A stretch of 63,986 nt of DNA, filler included, from Basidioascus undulatus (Eukaryota): assembly GCA_000826855.1 (NCBI GenBank). It is 5 parts of 5 records of this genome, joined end to end, with 100 filler letters (N's around TTAATTAATTAA, not from the genome) between each part and the next. Parts side by side here need not be neighbours in the genome. Positions count along the whole stretch, not along the records: positions 13,089 to 26,052 come from JTLS01000856.1; 4 more parts are not named here. One strand, given 5' to 3'. The notes below the pieces were generated by a model. It ran no database searches. It was not told where the DNA came from and worked only from the letters and a program-made list of their open reading frames with translations. Below, one piece after another: positions 13,326-24,727 of the stretch (position 1 is its first letter; each line of letters begins with the position of its first letter). A program made the position numbers and the translations under genes.

Positions 13326-13626
13326 CGTGCCTGCCCCGTGGCGATGGCAATGCGATGGCAGTGAGCGAGCGTAGAACGTCGATGGAAAGATACTGTAGCA
13401 CGTCCGAGGGCTATCGGACGTGGTGTTTACGCAAAGGCCGGAAGGTAGCCGAGATGCGCGCAGCGTGCAGGGAATCGCGTGCGTCGCCCGCCTCGGCGCC
13501 GTCTTCTCAGTCTTCTCAGTCTCCACGTCGTCTTTCCTCGTACGATCGCTTGTTGCCTCTCACTTCCATCTCCTCCTAATCTCTACGTTCCATCACCCCG
13601 ACTACACACTCCGCATAGACGCCAGC

Positions 13627-14848
13627 ATGAACTCCCAGGTCCGCTCCCCCCACCACGCGCTATCTCCCCGTCAGCTCACATGATGTTCTCATGTTCTCAG
13701 ATCGCGAACCTCGCTCTCTCTCTCGGGCTGATGCAAGGTTCGCCGTTCTCCCACCGAAACAAGGAGGAAGATATTGATGATGGGGAGTGTTGGGTGTGGG
13801 CAATCAGTTGCCCGCAAGATCCCCTTCGACGACGAGAAGGTCCTCCTCGGCGTCCGGATAGGCTACGTCGCGAGCATGGTCTTCTCCTACATCCTCTTCC
13901 AGTTCATTGCGTCCAAGGTATCTCTCCTTCCCCCTCTCCGTCCCTTCCTCTTACCTATCTTTCCCCACTCTCGCTCTTCCCCTCCCTTCCCTTCCCTCTC
14001 CCCGACATATCCTGACGTGAGGAGGAACACCAGATCCGCAAGAAGAACGATACGACCGTGCTCAAGTACGTTGAGCCCAAGAGCCCGATGAGCCAAGAAG
14101 AGCCCCAAGTCATCACCACCACCAACCGGGACTACGACCTCGGGGAGGTGTCCAAGCTCGTCCGTCCTTTTTCTCCCTCTCCCCCTCCTTCTCCTTCTCT
14201 TCCTCTCCTCCTCTCTCCATTCGCTCCCTCCTCTTCCCCTCCACCTTCCACCCCCCTTCCCTCCTCCCTCTCTTCCTCCCTCTTCCTCCCAATCCTCCCG
14301 CAACTCCACCTCTCCGACGCGAATCAAACCTGACCTGAAACCCAAACGAAACCAGATCAAGGGCCTCTTCACCTCCCTCGCGATGATGGCGTTCCTGCAC
14401 GGGTACATGAAGTACACCCAGCCGCTCTTCATCCAGGGCATCCTCGGCATCAAGAACGCGCTCGATTCGAAGCCGGCCAAGATCTACGTGTGGGGGAACG
14501 TGCGTCCCGCTCCTCTCCCATCCCCACCTTTCTCTCCCTCTCCCTCTCCCTCTCCTCTCCTCGGTTCGACCTGGCGAAGGCGGAGACTGATGCGCGGGGT
14601 GTGGTGTTTGTTGGGTTGGGACGGAAACAGTCCGCCAACGGCGACCTCAAGCGCCCGTGGAAGGCTGCGAACCCGTTCGGCCTGCCCGGTGCGTTTTTCC
14701 CTTTCCTTTCCTTCCCTTTCCCTTTCCTCTCCCCTTCTCTTCTCCTCTGACTGACGCTTTTTTTCAAACCGCAGGCGCCGACAACGCCACCGACGCAGCG
14801 TCCATCAAGCAGGCGGAGAAGATTGGCGCGGCGAAGAAGGACGAGTAA
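13627..14848 (+). CDS. PHO88: Pho88/Snd3 ER membrane protein (SND targeting pathway), multi-exon
   Basis: MNSQ|IANLALSLGLMQ|VARKIPFDD..|IRKKNDTTVLKYVEP..TTNRDYD..|..MMAFLHGYMKYTQPLFIQGI..|GDLKRPWK..KKDE*. Confidence 0.9.
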
Positions 14849-16111
14849 GGGCGCCCGCCCATGTTTCGGTCTGCGGGATCCGATCGGGAGGAGTGAGGAG
14901 AAAGGAAGTGCGGAGGGTGCGAGGACGGCCGCAACGTCAGGTAGCGTTGGGACGGTTTGAAAGGCGCGGTGTGTGGGCAGTGGGAGTGCGGATAGTGGAG
15001 GGGGTCCTGTTGTGCTCTTTCGTTCGGTTTGTAACGATGCTCTGCGCGCGTGGAGATTGGCGAGTGAGCGGAAGGGCGTACGTGCGTATGTGCGTATACT
15101 GCGGTTCGAGAATGGTTTGTGTTGGGACTGCGTTGCGTGGGCAGCGGACCGTGGGGTGGAGCGGAGCGCGTGGATGGATGGATGCCCCGAAGTTGCCATG
15201 AGTGGTAGTTGATACGAGAGCAGATCAGGCTGGACTGTACAGGACAGGACAGGGCGTGGTTAATTCATGTCTTCGTTGTCGGCTCGTGCACGTTTTATAT
15301 GGAGATCAAATGCGGGAGATAAGAGGACAGCTGAAATAATAGGTAAAGAGGGAGCAAGAGGGCTGCGAAGCCGCTCTTAAAGCCCCCGTCGCTTTTATTT
15401 CATCGGTCTAGGTCAACCTAGGCTAGGTCAACCTTTGGTGGCTTATTGGATATTAGAAGCAAGAGGACAGGACATTGAGGTTTTAGTAATACTAATACCC
15501 AAAAACTCAACATGACAAAAATGGAGGTGAGGGAAGGCCTAATAGGGGAAGGGGGCGGCGACCATGTGCGTTTATTCAGTACCCAGCTGAGTAGTCTGGT
15601 CTCGCGGAGTCGGATGGCTATGGGTCTGGCTAGACGAAATTTAAAACAGTTGTAGCAAAACGAGGAGACCTGATTCGGAGGGCAAGTGCAAAGCTGACGA
15701 GGGTACCTTGTGTTCAGGCGAGGCTGCATTCGTGCTTCGCTGGACAGGCTGTGTTTGATTCGGGGATTTCCAGAAAAAAGGTCTGTAGGAGGGAGAAAAG
15801 AAGAAGAGATAAAGGCTTTTCAAACATGCAGATATTCGTTAGATGGAAGGCGGAAAAGCATACAGCCCTGCAGGCGGAAGTGGGGGTCTTGTGGGTCCAA
15901 AGACTGACAGGTGTTTATCTGCTTTGTGCTCTGAGGGGGCACTTAGCGAAGGTGTCCCTTGGGCTTGATATACTAAGCTATGAAGGGCAAGGTGAATATT
16001 AAAGATTACTCTGTTCGGGTCTTACGAGGTTGAAGCAACCCGATCGCAGCAAAATAAGGCGAACCCGACAATCGGCGGACAGCCCACTTCTCCCCATCGC
16101 ATCACGCCAGC

Positions 16112-16116
16112 AAAAA
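16112..16116 (-). terminator. RNA polymerase III terminator (T5) of the permuted tRNA gene
   Basis: TTTTT lies 5 nt after A37 of the 5' half (…CGTA CTGTC TTTTT). There is no T4 or longer run anywhere in the predicted transcript upstream of it. Confidence 0.7.
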
Positions 16117-16121
16117 GACAG

Positions 16122-16205
16122 TACGAGTGGCGCGCTCTACCACTGAGCTAAGGGGGCATCTGAAATGAATGCCCTCTGGCTGGATTGAACAACCGACCTC
16201 ACCAT
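16122..16205 (-). tRNA. tRNA-Thr(CGT), circularly permuted: 3' half 16205-16170, 12-nt linker 16169-16158, 5' half 16157-16122
   Basis: The minus strand reads ATGGTG AGGTC GGTTG TTCAATC CAGCC AGAGGGC A [TTCATTTCAGAT] GCCCCCT TA GCTC AGTGGTA GAGC G CGCCA CT CGT A. Reordered, the halves give a 72-nt cloverleaf with anticodon CGT at 16125-16123 and the break at 37/38. There is one C5.A68 acceptor-stem mismatch. Confidence 0.85.
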
Positions 16206-16268
16206 TTCGCTGCCGAACGACTAAGAAGACGTTGTAGACTCAACTCTGGAGAAATTATTCCAGTGTTT

Positions 16269-16280
16269 CACACTGCACTA
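16269..16280 (-). promoter_or_regulatory. Candidate Pol III A-box upstream of the permuted tRNA
   Basis: TAGTGCAGTGTG resembles the A-box consensus TRGYNNARNNG and lies ~78 nt upstream of the B-box GTTCAATCC (16190-16182). Confidence 0.5.
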
Positions 16281-16771
16281 AGCACAATCCGACATCGTAT
16301 TTCTCTTCCAATGGGAGGTTTGGGAGACGTAGGGCTCAGGAAATAAGTGTTTAAGTAAGCGTGGGCACAGTCAAAGTTTGGTCTGTTCGAAATCGACAGG
16401 CAAGCGCACAGGCCTTGGGGCGCCGCCGGCTATGACTGGAACTGGCACTAGAAAGAACCGACTGGCCGCTTCTACCTTGAGACATGAGTTGAAAGGATAA
16501 GTAACCTGTATCAAATCTGCGGAGGCGCATGGCAGCTTCGTCCTGCCAGCAGTAGTATAGCTGTTGAGAAAGAAAGTAGACCAACTCACCCTAGTATCAG
16601 GGTGCGTACTGGCTGTAATATCCATACCCAGCTGACTATGGCTGGGGTGGGTCACCACACGCGTCGCTCTTCGCCCCTTTCCTCATTCCTCCTCCCGCTC
16701 TCACGCTCTCGCGCTCGCATATCCTGCTCATACGGACGGCTAAATATCACGGGGACAGTATAGGACGGAGA

Positions 16772-16965
16772 ATGAAGAGCTCGCTTCCACACATTGCTGC
16801 GCTCGCGGTTGCAGCGCTGCCTGCTGTTGCCGGCAGTGCACCGCTGGAGGCGCGGCAGCTTGGGGGGTTCATTCGGGGTGTGAACATTGGAGGTTGGCTG
16901 CTTATGGAGTACGTCTTTCACCCACTACTCCTCGTGCATTCTTACACTGCAGGCCCTGTGTGACG
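16772..16965 (+). pseudogene. 5' fragment of a secreted GH5 exo-beta-1,3-glucanase
   Basis: Signal peptide followed by IRGVNIGGWLLME, an intron (gtacgt..cag), then PCVT (normally PW[IL]T). No recognisable continuation. Confidence 0.65.
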
Positions 16966-18210
16966 GCTGGTGGACAAGGCGGCATAGAAGCTCAAGCGAG
17001 CCTTACCGAAAGTAATGGACACCTGCCGAAAAGTACCGGTGACTGTTTTTGGATAATGTCAACACAGACAAGTCTACTGGGCCTTTGGTGTTCAAGAGAG
17101 AACCGGCATTCTGGCAAGAGCTTCGCGGCCCTTCGCCGCACTGAACCTCTTCGCCTGCTTCCCTACTGAGCGCCTTGGAATAGGATCAAACTCGTACTCG
17201 CCTGTATATTTGGCCATGTCTCTGGGAGCCCAGTGTTATGACCAGGCCGAACGCCCCTCGGTGGTAGGCGGGGACACTGCCGATGAGTTCAATCGACCTG
17301 TTCCCAATGCCATCAACGGGCAAACGCTTGGCCCAAGTTGAAAAGTGCACAGGCAGCAAGTGCCTGGTGAGAATTATGTTTCTGGAATGAGAATTTATGG
17401 ATAAGCTAGCCAGGCTCTCTAATTACGCAGAATCTGAGAGAGCCGAGGAAATGGGCGCCGTCAAGCGCCATCCTGACAAAGCCTCATTCCGTCGATCGAC
17501 CACCAGATCTTTAAGATATCCTGTGCTCCGGAGCGGGAAAGATGAGAAACTTCAAGATGTTACGGCCTTAACACCTGTTTGGATTGACCAAAACCTATGA
17601 TTTGGCGCAGTGAGCGTGTAGGTCTTTCCTGGATCCTGTTACTATTTGCATGCACGAAGCCATTGCGCAGGGCTCCCGCGGAGAAAACGGGGCTCCTTGC
17701 CCTTCTTGCCTGGTTAGAGTGTCGAGTCGAAGAGGGAAAGTGGGAGAAAAAGGAAGAGACGAAAGAGGAAGGTAGAAGACAGGTAAGGTGCACCGCTCGC
17801 GAAGATGTCCTGTTTCGACCATATTTTTTGAGCCTTCAGTTCGTGGAAAAGCTTCGGCGTTAAGCGGTCAACTTACAGCGTCGAGACCGAAAAGACGAGC
17901 GGCGAATTGGGGAACACTAATTACCGCCAGACTTTGCTTCTAGCGGGCTGTAGTTATCTTGTCGAAAGCGCTCTGCAGCCGTGGAGGGTTACGGAGTGTT
18001 GCCACTATTGTTTACTAATTTGCCTTGCGCACTAATATGCTTTCGTTCTCTTCCAATGTGCGAGGCAGCGCTCAATGTCAAACGAATAAGAACAGTGTCC
18101 ATGCTGTGTCCAGCGCTACAATCACAGCTTCGCAAGAGCCCTCCTGTTCTGCTCAAACTGATCAGGTTGCCTACAAGCCTCCCCGCTGTCAGCTCGGTCC
18201 CATTCCATGC

Positions 18211-19163
18211 CTATGATTCACGAGTGAAAGAAGCTGACCTCTTGTCCTCCTGCGCAATCTCGATGACCCCCCTGTACGCCTCCCTCTTGATGCTGCCCCA
18301 CACGCCCGTCTTGGCCTTGCCGGCGACGCTCCGCGCAAGCTCCTCGGCCTTCTGCTGCACCTGCTCCTCGGACGCAAGCGCGTCGATGACGCCGACGGCG
18401 TGAAGCTCGGCCGGCGTGTACCGGTGGCCTTCGAGCACCGTCTTGCGGAGGAGGGCCGTCGTCGGAAGCTTGAGGCGCAGGATAGAAAGGAGGCCGGGAG
18501 GAATCGAGGCGCCGAACTCGACCTGTGATGATGACTTTCTGTTAGTGGTTCAGGAGAGCGAAGGGGAGGCTAGAACGCACCTCGTTCATGCATAGCCAGC
18601 CGCGCCCAGACTGCTTGCCGATGATGTAGTCCGAGCAAAGCGCGACCACGAAGCCGCCAGCAAAAGCGTGGCCGTTAAGGGCGCAGACGGTGGGGACTGT
18701 GAACAGTTTGGAGTTTAACTGCGTGGCAAGGTAGGCTAGTGGACGGATTGTGGACGCACTGGGGAAGGTGAGGAGGCGGACAAGCAAGGGGTCGAGGACG
18801 GAGCCAAAGAAGCCCGGCTGCACACATCGTTATTCAGCTTGCTATCTTCCAAATTCAGCAAAGGGAAGATGGACGTACCTCCGCGATGGCCTTCTCGAAG
18901 TCCAACCCGTTGCTGAAGAACTTGGCGCCCTTCCCGGTAATCACCAGCGCAGCCTCATCCCACTTGCCGCCCTTCTCCGAGCTGCGCCAGTCGCGCTCGA
19001 TCTCATTCAGCGCAGGGTGCAGCGCTTCGGTGATGAACTGCGTGGTGAGCCGGTTGTCGGCGCCGTTGTGCAGCGTGAGCGTGTAGAGCGTCGGCGTGCC
19101 GGACTTGGTGACAGTGCAGAGGGCGGAGGAGGCGGAGGGGAAGGGGACGGGGAACTGAGCCAT
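18211..19163 (-). CDS. Enoyl-CoA delta-isomerase / crotonase-family protein
   Basis: DNRLT..ALVITGKGAKFFSNGLD; PTVCALNGHAFAGGFVVALCSDY; LCMNE|VEFG; LEGHRYT; KAKTGVWGSIK. Three introns. Confidence 0.88.
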
Positions 19164-21104
19164 TTTCGGATGGATGTGGATACAAGACTTGGACGAGATG
19201 ATTGCGGTAGAGGCAGAAGAGGCAGCTGGCGTGAACGAAGGAAGATGCTGAGGCTGAGGCAAGGGGGAGCCCGGCTCGGGCGCGACATAGCCGGTGCACG
19301 TGCATTTCGGACAGTTCACAGTTCGGTCAGTTGGCAATTTGCGGTGGACAACAGTAAACGCATTCTAAGACGTGATGATCCGATACAAAGCAAAATTATG
19401 CTAGAATATGTAGAGCATGGTACGGATCTGCGAGGTAGCGGGAGGTTGCGGCGAGGCATACTGGATGGGCAGAGATCCGATGCCCATGCTTCCTCCCTCG
19501 CCGTCATCTTCCTCGGCCGCTCTATTCGGCGGTTGACCACGGATACGGCTGAAAAGATCTAAACCCTTCGAGAATTGCTTTTCAAAAGTTACAGAAGAAG
19601 GTCTGGCCTGGCAGAAGTGTGTTCAGGCGCCAACAGCGTGCCGCTCAATCTCTATGCAGGGTGACTGGTCGGCGAGGGAGGGGACGCAGCTTGAACAGTG
19701 TCAGAATGGAATGAATAGACATTCAAAGTCCCTGTGTCCCTAGTGGGTTTGAATGCTACCTGGCTCAGCTCTGTCGACCGCTTTCAGGCTCTGCACTGCA
19801 AGTCACTCACCGGAAGACACAGAAGCCGATGCAGTTCACGGCAGTTGGAGTGTGTGCTGGGTGCGAAGCACATCATTGTGAGTCGAAAAGCTTGTTCAGG
19901 CCACAGGAGTATGTGTTAAATACTATATTTCCCAAGATTGAGCCATCAATCTGGCGAAAGAAGAGCACCTGGTACTTCGCAATACTGTGAAAGGTAGCAG
20001 GACTGCACCCTGTCAAGGTCTGCTTCGAGGACCCGGGCTAGCCGCATAGTCAAGGCACAAGACCCCGCACCACGAAGATGCGTGAGTGCTTTCCGCTGAC
20101 TGCAATCAAGTGCTTTCAGGTTCGCAGACCTTTCGTCAACTTTCGTAAGTCGGTGGCCGTGCACTGTGTACAGCGGGATGTCATTGTAGTACTACTTGCG
20201 CGCGAGACTTCACAACGGCGGCACAGCGTTGCCAACAACCAATTCGCTGCGCTTTATTAGTTACCTAACCTTAAGCGGAGGTAGACACCGATGTGCTCGC
20301 AGACATAACTCGTGGACGGAAGAATCCCCCCAGCAACGTATTTAAGCATGCTCGAGCTACGGAGGTGTACTAGCAGTCCGGATTCTCACAACAAAGCAGA
20401 TAACTGAAAGTGTGTTGGAAGGATTAACGGGAACACCGTGGCCTCTAATTTCCAATTCAGGCTTCCAGTCTTCACTTTTCGAAGACTCGAGGTCGATGTA
20501 CCGGCTCAACTTTGGGCAAGGAAACCACCTGCCTGTTCCTCACTTCAGGCTAGCGCTGAGACGGGTAGCTTTACCCAGAACTTGATGGATATCTAAATGT
20601 CGAGTGCAAAGGATAAAATCTTCCTGTCGAGGGAACCCGTCAAGCCCTCTGCCTAGACGGAGCGCTCTGAACTGACCTCTGTCAGCGTACCCCAGGGGAC
20701 TCTTTCGAGGCTTTCTGTGTGAGTCTGAAAGTTCTGGATAGTCTTCCTGGCGTACACGATCGACCATACTGCAAATGAAACGTAAACAGAGTCGCTCCTA
20801 GATTTGCATCGCTTGGCCAAGGTCGCCGCATTTGCGTCTTGGTGACGGGGTCAATCAAAGCAAATCAGCAATTGTTTAAAGGCTAACTAACCATCTAAGG
20901 ATTGTAGAGCGTTACATATGGCAAGACTCCCAGTGTGCGGTTACAGCGTCGACTGACGACAGCTCAACAGCACGATTCGGGTCACGTGACCTGAAGAGCG
21001 CGAGCTGGCTTCCGGACATTGGAACTTGCCCTCGACCATCTCGCAGCTCAGCGGTCTTCTTCCTTCGCGCGTTCTCTTGACAGGCATAGTTGCCCCAGCC
21101 AGCA

Positions 21105-22846
21105 ATGTCCTCCGAGATTCTCTCGCAGCTTGACAAACTCGGGGCGGTCCGCCAGTTCGACGCGTTCCCAAAGACCTCGGCCTCGTATCAGGCACGCGCC
21201 ATCTCCAGCACTCCCTCCTGCCAAACGCTGACCTATTGCGATACAGGTCCGCTCCGGGAAAGGCGGATTCGCGACCATCGCAGTCATCGTGCTCTGCTTC
21301 CTGCTCGTTATCAACGACTTAAACGAGTTCCTCTGGGGCGAGCAGGAGTACGAGTTCAGCGTCGATGCCGAGCCGCACGCGGACTTGCAGCTCAACGTTG
21401 ACTTGACTGTCGCGATGCCTTGCCATTGTGGGTAGCTCTCATTTGTTTGAAGCGGGTAATCGGGTTGCTGACTGGGTTGGAATCGTAGTCTTGTCGGTGG
21501 ATGTGCGGGACGCGGTGGGCGATCGGGTGCGGCTGAGCAAGGAGCTCAGCATGGACGGGGTGCGTCTAACATTCTTTCCATCCCTTTACCTTGCCCCGAA
21601 GCTCTTGAACGACTTAGTTAATTTACACTCCGGTCTTCTTTCGATCAGACCATCTTCGATACCCGCGTGGCCTCTCAGTCCGTCGCATGCTTCCCTGCAC
21701 CCCACCATCCGCTCACCCACCCCTGACCATCCTCAGAACCTCCTACTCCTCCCCAACCGACGTCTCCCGTGTTGTTAAGTATGGGCGCAAGTCGCGCGGA
21801 TGGTTCTCTCACTCGCGCGCCAAGTTCGCGCCCACGCGCAAGCCCGTGCCGAACGGACCGGCATGCCGCATCTACGGCAGCTTCGAGACGAAGAAGGTCA
21901 CTGCCAACCTGCACATTACGTGCGTCCTATACTTATTTGGGAAAGGGGAAGAATATGGGCCATACTGAGACGGCACGGAGAACAGTACGCTTGGACACGG
22001 CTACATGAGCTTCGAACACACCGACCACAAGCGTGCGTCTCGGGCTTTAGTCTCTGCTGTGGGCGGGACACACGCTCACCCACGAGAATACGGACTCAGT
22101 GATGAACCTCTCGCACTTCATGAACGAGTTCTCGTTCGGGCCGTACTACCCCGACATTACGCAGCCCCTCGACGGCTCGGTCGAGGTTACCGACCAGCGT
22201 GCGTTCATCTCCACGTCCCCATGCGCAGCCGACTACATGCTCACGCGTTTTCTTGGCGCGGGAAGCTTTCCCCGTTTACCAATACTTCTTGACCGTCGTC
22301 CCCACCACGTACGTCGACGCGGGCGGGCGCAAGATCAGCACGAACCAGTACGCGGCGCATGACTACGTCAAGACTGTGAGGCATGGCGAGGCGGTGCCTG
22401 GTTCGTCCCCACCTTTGAATTCTGCCGGGCTTTCTTCATCCTCACATTGTCACTCTTTATCAGGCATCTTCTTCAAAGTGCGTGTCTCGTTGTCTCCGCC
22501 AGCCTCTCTCGCGCGCGCTTTACTATTGACACTCCATTGTCTCCTCTTGCAGTACGAGTTCGATCCCCTGCACCTAACCCTCCGCGAGCGCACGACATCC
22601 CTCCCACACCTTCTCGTGCGCCTCGCGGGTGTAATAGGCGGCGTCTGGTGCTCCGCGGCGTTCGCGTTGCGCGTGCTCGATCGCTTTGCGCCCGCGCCGC
22701 TCAAGCCGCACGCTGGCGAGAAGCCCGCGCCGGCGATTCCGACGAGCAGCCCGGCGCTTAGCAGGGGGAATTCCGGCGGATGGCTTGGCGGAGGGGGGCG
22801 CGGCGCGGGATGGGGAGGCGGCGGAGATGGGGTAGGGTGGCGATAG
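21105..22846 (+). CDS. ERV41: ER-Golgi COPII vesicle protein Erv41 (ERGIC2)
   Basis: FDAFPK, LNVDLTVAMPC, CRIYGS..KKVTANLHIT, NLSH..EFSFGPYYP..PLD, YQYFLTVVPTTY, PGIFFK|YE, LVRLAGVIGGVW. The first intron (21192-21246) is GC-AG. Confidence 0.92.
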
Positions 22847-24315
22847 AGTTTGGTGGATAAGCGCGGACTGAGAGGGTTACTGGGGATGCACTCGCGTTCG
22901 AACGCTGTTTGGTATGGCATGGGTCTCCGACTGCAGTCGCGGAAAGAGCGGGAACGAAGGCGCGCAATGGTTGTTACCTTCGATAGGCCATATGGAGAAT
23001 GTATGTGGGCGCTAGCTAGAAAAATGCGTTACTGTCCACATCATCTCACTGTGTAGCGAACTTGATGAAAGTGTGTCGGATGCACCTTTCAAGACTGCAT
23101 GCGGTGCGCACAGCAAGCGGTTGGGCGCCATGTTTGCAGCCGCACTGCATCGCACGGCACACTCTCGGCTTCAAGATCAAAAAGAAATTTAATATTAGGT
23201 CAGTCTTACTCCAACGGCAAGATGCGTTGATTGTAGAAATGCTGAGGTGGAGATGAACTGCTGCAGGCAGTCATGTCGGACATCGCGAAATGGACTTGAC
23301 TAGGCCTCGCGGTCCACATATCTGAACATCTCAAGTCTGAAACCTGCGTAGAAATTCCTTGTATTTATAATAGGAATTCCTCTTGTGCCATCTCAATTCA
23401 TAACCGTACCACCAACGACGGCAACGACACGAATGAGAAGGCTGAACGGTCCGGTCAGGGTGGTCGCGATGCCTCATCCCAACCTCATGATCGACGAGAA
23501 GCTCGCATGCGATGCCCAGGAGTATGGTACTTTCCAGATCTCGACCGAAAATCTTGGTAGTGTGGAGAGGCAAACTGCACTTCAGAGAGCGATGCAGGAG
23601 GATCCGGGGTAAGCGTCGGTTCCCTGACTCTCTAGCGAGTTCAGTGAAACGCTGCTGAACCCATGGACTTACCTCCAGGTACCCGTCCTTTTCCCCGAGG
23701 GGGATGAAGGTGTTGGCTGTGGTCCTAGTCATCTTCTGCTGCAAGTCACATTGATACTTTGTACGCCCATGCACGCCTGGACAACCCAGCGTATGAACGC
23801 CATGCCGACTGAAGACGCGACAACGACACTGCAATACGGACACTAACAAGCCTTCATGTCTCATGTTCAGGCTCTGACGATTCTGACTTCGAATCAACGG
23901 TTATGTCCGTAATTAACTCGATAGTGCAGTATCAGCGCTACCTTGGGCTCAGCTCCGCAGGTGCGAGGCCTGGGACATTTTCGCTCGCATCCACACGTTC
24001 TGACAAGCCTATGGCATCCTTCATTTTAGGGGGTCAAGACAGGGATTGTCTTTGGGGCGTACTAGGGCAGGGTAGTCGCTGTTTACAGTCATGTTAGCGA
24101 CGTTCCCCCACTCGCCAGCTCATGCAAAGCTCTCACGCAACGCTTTCAACCCTCTTCGTACACACCGGCGAGCTCGGCGGGCGGTGGCGGACCGTCCTTC
24201 TCAGGAAGTGGAATTAATTCTTGCCTGCCATTCTTATAAGTAATTCCATGCCCTGGCCGAACACAGCCTCGTCTGCAACGCCGCGATGCAACCAACGGCG
24301 ACACCCTCACCACTT

Positions 24316-24727
24316 CCCTATGAACTTTTGCAGGCTCTGCTGGCCGTGTAGCACGGCAAGCTTGGCGCGAGGACAGAGCTGCCGGGTGCACGGCAATATG
24401 CCGGACTGGCACTACAAAAGCAGGGAGACACCGGCTGTTTGCCGGCGTCACTATGGGTGCATTGGCCGGATTGCACGGCAGGCATCACTGCCTAGAGCCT
24501 ATGAACCTGTGCCGTGTCCTGCCTACTGGACACCGGAGGATTGCCGGTAAAACGGCAATATGCCGCGGAGCACAGGCAAAATGTGCATTCTTTGCCGTGA
24601 AACAGGGCTGAGAACCATGGGAAAGAGGAGACCAAACGCTTTTGTAAAAGGGGCACTTCAGAGCGGCGGCATATTGCCGTAAGCCCCGCCAAATTGCACG
24701 GCAGCGAGCTCCAAAAAATTCATAGGG
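24316..24727. mobile_element. 412-bp non-autonomous DNA transposon (MITE)
   Basis: Imperfect ~35-bp TIRs (CCCTATGAACTTTTGCAGGCTCTGCTGGCCGTG versus reverse complement CCCTATGAATTTTTTGGAGCTCGCTGCCGTG). Perfect 5-bp TSD CACTT at 24311-24315 and 24728-24732. Internal repeats of CACGGCA, CGGCAATATGCC and TTGCCGG. Confidence 0.85.

Noticed and set aside
15350..15440. Hairpin AAGAGGGCT-GCGA-AGCCGCTCTT and duplicated CTAGGTCAACCT as a Helitron 3' end
   Set aside because: The hairpin-to-CTAG distance (~30 nt) is longer than typical and no matching 5' end was found.
15900..16400. Two conventional tandem tRNA genes with long introns, as an alternative to permutation
   Set aside because: No T-arm/acceptor 3' half is visible downstream of the 5' half, which is followed at once by T5. 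The upstream A-box-like segment has no acceptor strand or anticodon strand complementary to the 3' half.
23600..23720. LQVPVLFPEGDEG, resembling Helitron 'YPLLFPxGxxGW'
   Set aside because: Too short and degenerate, with no further Helitron motifs nearby.
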